A stretch of DNA of 64,000 nucleotides from positions 47,905 to 111,904 of the forward strand of contig CAWJSJ010000004.1 of the NCBI GenBank assembly GCA_963845565.1, given 5' to 3'. Positions 48,346 to 59,929 of the stretch are shown piece by piece. This stretch comes from an uncultured Methylomirabilota bacterium. GTDB lineage: Bacteria; Methylomirabilota; Methylomirabilia; Methylomirabilales; 2-02-FULL-66-22. Each line of letters starts with the position of its first letter. Position 1 is the first letter of the stretch. The notes beneath the pieces were generated by a model. It did not search any database, had not been told where the DNA came from, and saw only the letters and a program-made list of their open reading frames with translations. Made by a program: the position numbers and the translations under genes.

Positions 48346-49791
48346 TCACGCCAGCCCGTACTCGGCCCAGCGGCGGTCGACCAGTTCTTTGATCCGCGGG
48401 TCCATCATGATCTCGTCCGGCCAGGGCCGGGTGAAGCCCTCCTCGGGCCATTTCCGCGTGGCGTCGATTCCCATCTTGGAGCCGTATTTCGGGAGGCGGC
48501 TCGCGTGGTCCAGGGTCTCCACCGGGCCCAGGACGAACTCGGTATCCCGCTCCGGGTCGATATGGTTGAGGGCCTTCCAGGTGACCTCGGAATAGTCGCG
48601 GATATTCACGTCTCGATCCACCACGACGATGACCTTAGTCACCATTGCCTGGCCCAGGCCCCACAGGGCGTGCATCACCTTGCGCGCGTGGCCGGGGTAC
48701 TGTTTGTCAATGCGCACCAGAACCAGGTTGTGGAAAATCCCCTCGAAGGGCATGTGGAAGTCCACAATCTCGGGGAGCTGCTTCTTCATGATGGGCAGGA
48801 AGAGCGTCTCGATGGCAGCGGCCATGTGGCAATCCTCCATGGGCGGCCGCCCGACGATGGTGGTGTGGTAGATCGGGTTCCTGCGGTGTGTGAGGCAGGT
48901 CAAATGGAACACGGGGTAGGTGTCGGCCAGTGAGTAATAGCCGGTATGGTCGCCGAAGGGGCCCTCGGTGCGCAACTCCTCGGTGTCCACGTATCCTTCC
49001 AGGACGATCTCGGCATTGCCCGGCACTTCGACATCCACCGTCTCGCACTTGACCATCTCCACCGGTTTCTTGCGGATGAATCCCGCCACCAGCATCTCGT
49101 CGATGCCCTCCGGCAGCGGCAGCGTTCCGGCGAAGCAGACGGCCGGATCGGCGCCGATGGCCACCCCCACCTCGACCCGGCGTCCGCGGTGCTTTGCCTT
49201 GCGGTAGTGGGCGGCGCCGCCCTTCTGGACGTGCCAGTGCATGCCGGTGGTCCGCTCGTCGAAAAGCTGCATGCGATAGGTGCCGCAGTTCCGCACGCCC
49301 GTCTCCGGGTCCTTGGTGAAGACGAGCGGGAAAGTGATATACCGGCCGGCGTCCTGCGGCCAGCATTGGAGGACGGGGATGCCCGCGAGGGACGGCGTGT
49401 CCCGCACGATCACCTCCTTGCAGGGACCGTCCTTGACGGTTTTCGGAAAGGCGCTCGCCAGCTCCTGGAGTTTGGGGAGCATCATAAGCTTGCTCAGCAG
49501 GCCCTGGGGCGGCTTGAGGTCCAGGATCTCCTGTAACCCGTCCGCGAGGTCCGTCAGAGAGTTCACTCCGAAGGCGAGACTCATCCGGGCCGGGCTGCCG
49601 AAGGCGTTGATCAGGACGGGCATGGAGGAGCCCTTCACCCGTTCGAACAGCAGCGCCGGTCCGCCCCGCTTGCTGACGCGATCCGTGATCTCGGTGATCT
49701 CCAGCGCCGGGTCCACCTCGGCGCGGATGCGCCGGAGCTCGCCGGCTCGCTCCAGGACGGCGATGAACTCGCGCAAGTCAGCATGGGCCAT
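48346..49791 (-). CDS. UbiD-family (prenyl-FMN-dependent) decarboxylase
   Basis: From MAHADLREFIAVLERAGELRRI within ORF 48346..50214. GTYRMQ, WHVQKGG and GPFGDHTGYY motifs are present. Confidence 0.9.
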   Translation of the reverse strand: MAHADLREFIAVLERAGELRRIRAEVDPALEITEITDRVSKRGGPALLFERVKGSSMPVLINAFGSPARMSLAFGVNSLTDLADGLQEILDLKPPQGLLSKLMMLPKLQELASAFPKTVKDGPCKEVIVRDTPSLAGIPVLQCWPQDAGRYITFPLVFTKDPETGVRNCGTYRMQLFDERTTGMHWHVQKGGAAHYRKAKHRGRRVEVGVAIGADPAVCFAGTLPLPEGIDEMLVAGFIRKKPVEMVKCETVDVEVPGNAEIVLEGYVDTEELRTEGPFGDHTGYYSLADTYPVFHLTCLTHRRNPIYHTTIVGRPPMEDCHMAAAIETLFLPIMKKQLPEIVDFHMPFEGIFHNLVLVRIDKQYPGHARKVMHALWGLGQAMVTKVIVVVDRDVNIRDYSEVTWKALNHIDPERDTEFVLGPVETLDHASRLPKYGSKMGIDATRKWPEEGFTRPWPDEIMMDPRIKELVDRRWAEYGLA

Positions 49792-50005
49792 CACGCCCTC
49801 CTCGATGGATGCCGGGTCAGCAACGAAAGGCCGGCGCGCGGTGGGCGCCCACCGCACACGGCGGCGACACTGTACCACATCACGGGCCGGGCTGGAAAGC
49901 GGGGCGCCGGTGCGGCTTTCCGCTTGACACCTCGGTTTGTCCTCGCGTAGCATCGCCCGCAAGTTCTCGAATCCTGTGGGCGTTTCGCCCGGCAAAGGAA
50001 TAAGC

Positions 50006-50761
50006 GTGCGCGCCATCATTCTCGCCGCCGGTGTGGGGTGGCAGCCCAAACCCCGCGCGGAAGCCGCGCCCAAGTGCCTTCTGGACATCGGCGGGAAAAC
50101 GCTCCTGCGCCGGTATCTGGAGGCCCTCGCTGCCCTGGGGGTTTCCGAAGCCGTCCTGGTGGTGGGACTCCACAAGGAGCAAGTGATCGCCGAGGCGGCC
50201 ACCGGACCCGCCACGGTGCGTGTTCGGGTCGTGGAGAACGATCGCTATCAGCGGGGAAGTATCCTCTCGTTGTGGCAAGCGCGGGACGAGTTTGATGATG
50301 ATGTCCTGATCATGGATGCCGGTCCGCTGTATCCGCACGAGCTCTTGGCACGTCTGCTCGCCACTCCCGATGCCAACGCCATCGCGGTGGACGAACAGTG
50401 CCGGGACACCGGCGAGGTGAAAAAGGTCGTCTGCGAGGACGGCTGGGTCGTCGAGGTCAGCAAGAAGATCTCGCATGGTGCCCGCGTCCGCGGCGAGGCG
50501 GTTGGTATCGTCCGCTTGTCGGCGGAGGCCGCGGAGATTCTCCGGGGCATCCTGGAGGAGTTCATCGAGACCGGCAAGGATTCCGGGGAGTACGAGGAGG
50601 CCTTCCGAGAGCTGGCCGGGGAAGTTCCCATCGGTGTGGTCGAGGTCGGAGACCTCCCCTGGGTCGAAATCGATTCTCGAGAACACCTCGCCCGTGCCCA
50701 AGACGAAATCCTCCCCAAGGTCGACCGCCTGGATCGGGGCGAGGCCGTCCCTGCCCCGTAG
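50006..50761 (+). CDS. nucleotidyltransferase family protein (sugar-phosphate/phosphocholine cytidylyltransferase-like)
   Basis: GTG 50006 gives VRAIILAAGVG... then KCLLDIGGKTLL (NTP_transferase signature). Confidence 0.7.
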   Translation: MRAIILAAGVGWQPKPRAEAAPKCLLDIGGKTLLRRYLEALAALGVSEAVLVVGLHKEQVIAEAATGPATVRVRVVENDRYQRGSILSLWQARDEFDDDVLIMDAGPLYPHELLARLLATPDANAIAVDEQCRDTGEVKKVVCEDGWVVEVSKKISHGARVRGEAVGIVRLSAEAAEILRGILEEFIETGKDSGEYEEAFRELAGEVPIGVVEVGDLPWVEIDSREHLARAQDEILPKVDRLDRGEAVPAP

Positions 50762-50969
50762 CGCGGGCCCTCCTTCCTGTGGTCGTTCCCTGGGTCACCA
50801 CCGTCGGGCTTCCGACCATTTCCCGTGCCGCGAATCCCGGTCCGTCCGGTGCCGACCGCCATGCGTTTTCCAGCCGCGCTGAATCCATCCGTGGGTCAAG
50901 GACGGGGAGACGAAGGCGTGAGAGGGAGCAGGGACGGTGATGCCGGGGGACGGTGGCTGGGCGGCCGGT

Positions 50970-51254
50970 CCCCCCGGCCAGGGGGGTGAACACATCAACG
51001 GTGGCTTTGTCCGGGATCACGGAGTCGAGCGCCAGAAAATCCCCGTTCATGAGGACGGCGGCCAGGTTGTTGAACGCGTCCTGGGTCAGGCCGCAGCGGA
51101 AAACCTGGAGGCGAAAACCCGGATGCTCTGCGGCGAGACGATGGAGGACCTCGCGAAGCGTGAGGCGGCCTTCCCAGTGCACGGTCACGGTGCGCTGTCC
51201 GATCCAGTCCCTGAACGGACTCGAGAACCAGAACGTCGCTTCCGGCATGGACAC
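50970..51254 (-). CDS. MoaD/ThiS-family beta-grasp sulfur-carrier-like protein; no stop after the Gly-Gly
   Basis: The first 95 aa of ORF 50562..51254 end ...ATVDVFTPLAGG. The ORF then runs on through Arg/Pro-rich sequence overlapping the convergent gene. The 3' end is therefore uncertain. Confidence 0.55.
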
Positions 51255-51347
51255 TCCGGCTGGTTTAGGATAGGTTGGAAATCAAGCGGAAAGGCGGCCA
51301 GGCGGCCGACCGGCGCCCGAAGACGCCATCACCGGATTCGGCAAGCC

Positions 51348-51443
51348 GTTGGTAAAGAATTAGTTGAGCGGAGACATTCTGAAACGGCATAAGGAGCCGT
51401 AACGAAATAGAAAGAGATGTATAGGTTATTTCGTAACGGCTCC
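51348..51443 (+). repeat. AT-rich hairpin element, copy 3
   Basis: Nearly identical to 23676..23770. It lies immediately upstream of the DUF3467-like gene. Confidence 0.75.
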
Positions 51444-51484
51444 TAAGTGTGCAACGCACGTGCTCCCACGCATTCGGAGCCGTA

Positions 51485-51805
51485 ATGGAGGGTGACATGG
51501 CAACTCCGGAAACCCCGGCGCAACCGCGGCAACAGCTCCAGGTGACCACCGGCGATGAGTTGTCGCGAGGACACTTCAGCAACAATCTCCTGATCGCCCA
51601 CAGCAACGAGGAATTCATCCTGGACTGGATCCTGAACTCGCCCAGTGGGATGCACCTGGTGTCGCGGATCGTCGTGACTCCCGGCCACGCAAAGCGCATC
51701 ATCGGCGCGCTGACCGAGAACCTGCGCCGGTACGAGCAGACGTTCGGCCCGATCAGCGCCTTCGACGCTCCCGATCAGAAATTCCATCAAACCGGCCGCG
51801 CCTGA
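51485..51805 (+). CDS. DUF3467-like protein
   Basis: GHFSNNLLIAHSNEEFILDWIL... is the typical DUF3467 core. The start is ATG 51485 or 51497. Confidence 0.65.
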   Translation: MEGDMATPETPAQPRQQLQVTTGDELSRGHFSNNLLIAHSNEEFILDWILNSPSGMHLVSRIVVTPGHAKRIIGALTENLRRYEQTFGPISAFDAPDQKFHQTGRA

Positions 51806-51866
51806 CGACTCCTCCCGCGATCCGCGGCCGGATCTCGCGGCGGCCAGGTGGCCGGTGTGGCCGTGG

Positions 51867-52868
51867 CTAATTGCGGGGGGCGCCACCGATGGCGTGCCGG
51901 TCGACGGTCCGGACGCCGATCACCTGGAATTTCCCATCGCGCACGATGACGACCTTGACCTCTGTCCCGACGTCTGTCTTCCAGATCTTTCGATAGAAAT
52001 CTTCCTGGCTCTCCACCTTTTCCCCGTTCAAGCGGATGATGACATCGCCCCGCTCGAACCCAGCCTCGATGGCAGGACCCGAGGGGGATGCGCCCGCCAC
52101 GACCAACCCCTCCGCCGCCTCCACCGTGTAGAGCCCGAGCCAGGGGCGGGGCGGCCGGCTCTTGACGCGACCCTCGCGAAGCAGTTCCTCCCGCACGGCG
52201 ATGAAATACTCGATGGGAATGGCCAGGTTCACGTGGGGCGGGTCGCCGAGTCGGAGCGAGGTGACCCCGATGACCTCGCCTTGGGGATTGATCAACGGGC
52301 TACCGCCGAAGGACGGATTCGCGGGGCTCACGATGAAGGCCCGCTCCAGCAGGTATTCCCAGTACCCGGTGAAGCGCTTGATCTCCCGAATGGTGCCCTG
52401 GGTGGCCGTCAGGGCGTTCTCGCTGTCCACGCCGACGATGGCCACCGGATCCCCCACGCCGACCGTCGCGGAATTCCCCAGGGGGGCGTGCGGCCAGGGC
52501 CCCGCCCCTTCGAGCTTGGCGATTCCGATGCCGCTCTCGAAGTCCTGTCCGACGAATCGGGCGGACACCGTGCGGCCGTCCCGCAGCGACACCTGGATGA
52601 GCGCGGCGTCCGTCAGGATGTACCCGACCGTGGCGACATACCCGGCGGGGTCGAAGATGACGCCGCTCCCGGCGCGCACCGGACCGAGGGTGAGCACCGA
52701 GGGTCGGTCGAGTGGAATCTTCGTCTGGATCCCGACCACGGCAGGGGCCACGCGCTGGACATAGGCCGGAGTGGTCGGGCTGAGCACCGGTGCTTGGTCT
52801 CGCTGGGCGACGGCAGGGATCACGGGAACGAGCAAAGCGGCGAGCAGTGCGGCGGCGGCATTATTCAT
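51867..52868 (-). CDS. HtrA/DegP-like trypsin-fold plus PDZ protein, catalytic triad apparently not conserved
   Basis: Signal peptide, GSGVIFDPAGYV and LINPQGEVIGV trypsin-fold blocks, and a PDZ block (GASPSGPAIEAGFERGDVIIRLNG). His/Asp/Ser positions read Y/G/G in my by-eye alignment. Confidence 0.7.
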   Translation of the reverse strand: MNNAAAALLAALLVPVIPAVAQRDQAPVLSPTTPAYVQRVAPAVVGIQTKIPLDRPSVLTLGPVRAGSGVIFDPAGYVATVGYILTDAALIQVSLRDGRTVSARFVGQDFESGIGIAKLEGAGPWPHAPLGNSATVGVGDPVAIVGVDSENALTATQGTIREIKRFTGYWEYLLERAFIVSPANPSFGGSPLINPQGEVIGVTSLRLGDPPHVNLAIPIEYFIAVREELLREGRVKSRPPRPWLGLYTVEAAEGLVVAGASPSGPAIEAGFERGDVIIRLNGEKVESQEDFYRKIWKTDVGTEVKVVIVRDGKFQVIGVRTVDRHAIGGAPRN

Positions 52869-53043
52869 GGCGATCCTCCCCGGGAAAGTCTAGCGCACGA
52901 GCCCGTTCGAGAAAAGCCCATGCTTCCAGGAGCGCTGTGCGCCCCCCGGCTTTGCCCCGGCGGGTCGGGTTCTGTCGGCGCCTGGTGTCGCTCGCGCCGC
53001 CGACCGGGGCGGAAACCTCGGGAAGGGGCCGCGGGCTCCGCCG

Positions 53044-53355
53044 CTACGTCAGCGGGCGCGGGGCGGCGTCAGGCGGCGATTTGGGCGCGAGGACGTCGGG
53101 CGGTCGGGGCGTGCGCAGGGCATCCAGCTCTTTCGCCTGCTGCCGCAGTCGCCGCCGATCCCGAAACCAGCTCGGGAGGCTGACCAGCGAGGCCATGACC
53201 GCGCCGACCGCGGCGGCGACCAGGATGATGACCACCAGGGACATTTCCAACGACCAGAACCCGAAGCGGACCGTGACCGGCCCGGCGTTCTGCACGGCGA
53301 AGATGGCAACGCCGGTGGCCAGGAGCAGAAAAGCAATCAGAGCGGTCTGTCCCAC
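53044..53355 (-). CDS. LapA-domain (DUF1049) membrane protein
   Basis: GTG 53355 follows GGAGGAGG. Two TM helices flank NAGPVTVRFGFW, with a C-terminal Arg-rich coil. Confidence 0.6.
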   Translation of the reverse strand: MGQTALIAFLLLATGVAIFAVQNAGPVTVRFGFWSLEMSLVVIILVAAAVGAVMASLVSLPSWFRDRRRLRQQAKELDALRTPRPPDVLAPKSPPDAAPRPLT

Positions 53356-53517
53356 GGTGCGTTCCTCCTCCGCGCGAGTGGATGACCAAAGGCTAGCATA
53401 GCCGATGGGGCGACGCAAGGCGAACGACCGGCCCCGGCACCGCCGCGAAAGACTTGGGCTTGTCTCGGCACGAGAGAATGTCTATGCTAGGCGCCCGGTC
53501 ACCGTGCGGAGGCAGGA

Positions 53518-54375
53518 ATGGCAGAACCGAGGTGGTGGTTGGGACGGGTGATCAGCGATTTCGCCCGCCGCCTGCGCCAGTACGATCTGATGATGATGGC
53601 AGCCGCCATCGCCTTTTATTGGCTGCTGGGCATCATCCCGATTCTGCTGCTCGGCGGTTCCATCACCGGGTACGTGCTCGGCTCCTCCGACCGGGGAGTG
53701 GACGAGGTGATGACGCTGGCGCGCCGCCTGATCCCTAGGGCGACCGGCCGCGACGTGGAGGATTTCCTCCGTCCCCTCATCCAGAGCCGGCACATCACCG
53801 GTGTCCTGGGTATCGGGTTCCTGCTCTGGGTGGCCATGGGGGTCTTCGAGGCGATCGCCTCGTCACTCACGGCGCTCAGCGGTGGGCGGGAGAGCCGATC
53901 CTATCTCCGGCGAAAACTGGTCGCCTTGGTGCTGATGGGCACCGCCGGGATGCTGTTCATCTCGGCGCTGATGGGTGGGTGGATCCTCGCCGCGTGGCCG
54001 GAGATCGAGATTCTGATCGGCGCCCGCATCGTCCTGCCTCCGTTCTTGACCCACCCCAGTTTCCCGCGGTACTTTACCTCCATCCTCATGACGTTGCTCC
54101 TCACCATCGTGTATCGGGTCGCCCCGGTCCGGGCCATCCGCTGGCCCTGGGCCATCACCGGGGCGACGGTGGCGGCGTTGCTCTGGCACCAAGCGCGGAC
54201 GCTTTTCAACTGGTACCTGATCCACTACGCGCGTTATAACCTGTTCTACGGGATCCTGGGCGGTTTCATCGGCCTGGTACTGTGGATCTACTACACGGCA
54301 ATCATTCTACTGATCGGCGGCATGCTGGCGGACGTCCTCGATCGTGCGGGCCGGCCTGGCCGGAATCGCACCTAG
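53518..54375 (+). CDS. YihY/BrkB-family membrane protein
   Basis: DLMMMAAAIAFYWLLGIIPILL and the six-TM topology are typical of YihY. Confidence 0.85.
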   Translation: MAEPRWWLGRVISDFARRLRQYDLMMMAAAIAFYWLLGIIPILLLGGSITGYVLGSSDRGVDEVMTLARRLIPRATGRDVEDFLRPLIQSRHITGVLGIGFLLWVAMGVFEAIASSLTALSGGRESRSYLRRKLVALVLMGTAGMLFISALMGGWILAAWPEIEILIGARIVLPPFLTHPSFPRYFTSILMTLLLTIVYRVAPVRAIRWPWAITGATVAALLWHQARTLFNWYLIHYARYNLFYGILGGFIGLVLWIYYTAIILLIGGMLADVLDRAGRPGRNRT

Positions 54376-54506
54376 CGCGGCGGCGCCGCTCGAGGCCGGG
54401 ACCGTGACTGTTTCCTCGATTACGCCGGCGCTCACGGAGCGGGGTAGAAACACAGTGGCGCGACATGCCCTGCCGGGATAAGCTCTGGGCGAGGAGGGGT
54501 CATCTT

Positions 54507-55244
54507 ATGGAAACCAAGGTTCTCACGCATCGCCGGTATCAGCCAAAGTCGTATGTTATCGGTGCCCTGCTCACCCTCTGGAGCAGCTCCATCGGGAAGA
54601 AGGCCGTCATGTCGCTCACCGGAATCGCCATGATGAGCTTTGTCCTGATGCACACCTATGGCACACTCAAGATCTTCAAGGGCGAGCAGGTATTCAATGA
54701 CTATGCCGTGTGGCTGCGGGAGGTCGGCAGCCCGCTTCTTTCTCACGGGATGGCATTGTGGATCACGCGGATCGGCCTGCTGGGGGCGGTGTCGCTGCAC
54801 ATGCTGGCGGCCTGGCTGGTGACCCGGAGAAGCTGGGCGGCGCGGCCGACGCGCTACCAGGAGGTCGAGCCGCTCCAATCCACCTTCGCGTCGCGGACGA
54901 TCCGCTGGGGCGGGGTCGTCATCGCGCTCTTTGTGGTCTACCACATCCTGCACTTCACCTTCGGTGCCGTCGGTTACGGCGCCGGCCAGTATTCGTCGAC
55001 GTCCGTGTACCGCAATGTGGTCGTGGGGTTCTCCGTGTGGTACGTGTCGGCTTTTTATATCGTTGCCCAGCTCTTCCTGGGGCTCCACTGGTATCACGGA
55101 GGTTGGAGCATCCTGCACACGCTCGGCGTCGCGACCGCGTGGGGGGACCGTGTCTATGCGGCAGTGGGTGGCCTGATCGCGTTGGGCGTGACTCTTGGAA
55201 ACATCTCGGTGCCGGTTGCCGTTCTGACCGGCCTAGTCAAGTAG
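54507..55244 (+). CDS. sdhC: succinate dehydrogenase/fumarate reductase cytochrome b subunit, b558 family
   Basis: From METKV. Five TM helices with conserved His residues. It lies directly upstream of sdhA. Confidence 0.85.
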   Translation: METKVLTHRRYQPKSYVIGALLTLWSSSIGKKAVMSLTGIAMMSFVLMHTYGTLKIFKGEQVFNDYAVWLREVGSPLLSHGMALWITRIGLLGAVSLHMLAAWLVTRRSWAARPTRYQEVEPLQSTFASRTIRWGGVVIALFVVYHILHFTFGAVGYGAGQYSSTSVYRNVVVGFSVWYVSAFYIVAQLFLGLHWYHGGWSILHTLGVATAWGDRVYAAVGGLIALGVTLGNISVPVAVLTGLVK

Positions 55245-55248
55245 GGGG

Positions 55249-57203
<1,955 letters not shown>

Positions 57204-57207
<4 letters not shown>

Positions 57208-57986
57208 ACCTCTCTCTCAAGGTCTGGCGACAACGGAATGCGGAGGATCCCGGGCACTTCGAGACCTACGAGGCCACGAACGTCAGCCACGAGATGTCGT
57301 TCCTGGAGATGCTGGACGTCGTCAACGAGGGCCTGATCCTGGACGGCAAGGACCCCATCGTGTTCGAGCACGACTGCCGGGAGGGCATCTGCGGTTCGTG
57401 CGGTTTCGTGATCAACGGTCGGCCGCACGGCCCGTGGCCGGGCACCACCGTCTGCCAGTTGCACATGCGGGCCTTCCGGGACGGCGACCGCCTGCTCATC
57501 GAGCCGTGGCGCGCCGCCGCCTTCCCCGTCATCAAAGATCTGATGGTGGATCGGAACGCGTTCGACCGGATCATCCAGTCCGGCGGTTTCATCGATGCCC
57601 CGACCGGCGCGGCGCAAGACGCCAACGCCATCCTGGTGCCGAAAGAGCGGGCGGAGTTGGCCTTCGAGGCCGCGGCCTGCATCGGCTGCGGGGCCTGCGT
57701 GGCCGCCTGCCCGAACGCCTCGGCCATGCTCTTCACCGCCGCCAAGATCTCGCATCTCGGCCTGCTGCCTCAGGGACAGCCGCGCCGGCCCCACCGTGTC
57801 CTGGACATGGTGGCGCGGATGGACGCGGAAGGGTTCGGCGGCTGCACCAATCATGGGGAATGCGAGGGGGCCTGCCCAAAGCAAATCCGCATGCATTTCA
57901 TCGCCCGGATGAACCGCGAGCTCCTGACCGCCAGCCTCTGGCGCCCGACATTGGTGGGCCCCCTGCACACACTGGTCGAGGCGTAG
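57204..57986 (+). CDS. sdhB: succinate dehydrogenase/fumarate reductase iron-sulfur subunit
   Basis: ATG 57204 overlaps the sdhA TGA. Clusters are [22 protein letters not shown] and [12 protein letters not shown]. Confidence 0.95.
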
Positions 57987-58210
57987 CCGGGCGGCGCGCT
58001 CGCGCTGCCCGCGGTGGTTGTTCCGTGCGGCGCTCGCCGCCAATGTGTCGCCCCATGCGAGAGGAAACGATGATGCGCAGCGCGACGTGGTTGCGGCACC
58101 CCGGTCGCACCGGCCGCGAGACGGCGGTGTGCGTGCGGACACCGCCTGGACCTCCTGGCGAGGAGCCGTCGCCGCATCGGGGATCGACGCGCCGCGCACG
58201 GGGTCTGGGG

Positions 58211-59883
58211 GTGCCGCGGGTGATCCTGGGCACGCTGGTGACGTCGATCTGCCTGGCTGCGGCCTTGACCGGGCAGGCCCTGGCCGCTGCGGACCAGGCC
58301 GCGCCCTCTGCGGCGGGGATCGACGCGGGGACGGAGTACGCGCGGGCGTCGGTCACCTTGGACGGCGAGGAGCTGTTCTCTGTCCGCGGGGTCGAGGCCT
58401 ACCCGGCCGACACGCGGGCCCAGGCCATCGGCGGACGCATCACGGCCATGGCGGCCGATCGCTGCCGTGTCGGTCGAGGCGCTCCGACTGGTGGAGACGG
58501 AGCGTGGGACCGATATCCTGGCCGGCGATCGGTTCCTGATGACCGTGACCGACGCAGACGCCAAACGCGACGGCGTGACGCACCAGTTCATGGCGAGCGC
58601 GGTCCGGCGGCGGATCGCGGATGCGGTGGCGTCGTACCGCAGCGAGCGGACTCCCAAGGCCCTGTTGATCAAGACCGGTGTCGCCGCGGGCGCCACGTTG
58701 GTGGCCTGGCTTCTGCTGCTCGGGCGTGCGTCGCGCATTTCGGTGGATCGATGCATTCCTGGGGCGGCGGGCCAAGGGTGCCGTGGAGGGTCTGGAGACC
58801 CAAGCCTTTCGACTCATTCAGGCGAAGCAGCTTGTCGCGGCGCTCCACGGCCTCGTCGTCTCGCTCCGGGTGCTGGCGATCGTGGCGGTCGTGTACGCCT
58901 ATCTCCAGGTGGTCCTCGAGTTGTATCCCTGGAGTCGTCCGCTGTCCCGCCACCTGTCCGCCATGTTTCTCGACCCGCTCGCCAGCATGGGCGTGTCGTT
59001 CCTGGAGGCCCTGCCCAACCTGGTGTTCCTCGTCGTCTTGACGCTGCTGACACGCTACTTCCTCAGGCTCCTCAAGCTTTTCTTCAGCGGCGTCGAGAAG
59101 GGCACCGTCGCCCTCGCCGGCTTCGACCCGGACTGGGCCTGGCCGACCTATCGGATTATCCGGCTCCTCGTCGTCGCGTTCGCGGTGGTGGTGGCCTACC
59201 CCTACATTCCGGGCTCGCGGTCGGCCGCCTTTCAGGGGGTGTCGATCTTCATCGGGGTGATATTCTCGCTCGGCTCCTCGTCGTTGATTGCCAACCTGAT
59301 TGCGGGGTACAGCATGACCTACCGGCGCACCTTCCGGGTCGGGGACCGGATCCAGGTGGGCGACGTCATGGGGGATGTCACCGAGAGCGGACTGATGGTC
59401 ACGCGCGTGCGGACGCCCAAGAACGAAGAGGTCGTCGTGCCGAACTCCTCGATTCTGAGCAACCATATCGTGAACTACAGCGCGCTGGCCACGCAGCACG
59501 GACTGATCCTGCATACCACGGTGGGAATCGGGTACGAGACCCCCTGGCGCCAGGTGGAGGCGATGCTGATCATGGCGGCTGAGCGGACGCCCGGACTGCT
59601 CAGGGAGCCGCCGCCGTTCGTCCTGCAGAAGAACCTCGGTGACTTCTGTGTGACGTACGAGATCAACGCCCACTGCGACAATGCGCAGGCCATGGCCAGG
59701 CTGTACACTGACCTGCACCGGAACATCCTCGACCTCTTCAACGAGTACGGCGTGCAGATCATGACGCCGGCATACGAGGGGGACCCGCACCAGCCAAAGG
59801 TGGTGCCGAGGGAGCAGTGGTTCACCGCGCCGGCGCGGTCGCCGGAGACCAGGCCGCCGACGGCGCACGGGACGCAACCGTGA
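58211..59883 (+). pseudogene. MscS-family mechanosensitive channel with large N-terminal domain; two apparent frameshifts
   Basis: The N-terminus (signal peptide, ...AIGGRITAMAADR) is in one frame. The middle (VSVEALRLVETERGTD...) is in a second frame. The channel core (GDRIQVGDVMGDVTESGLMVTRVRT) is in ORF 58678..59883. The switches are near 58460 and 58720. These may be sequencing errors. Confidence 0.65.
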
Positions 59884-59929
59884 CCGCGTCCCTGAGGCGG
59901 CGACGCGGCCGGGCGGCAATCCTACGAGG

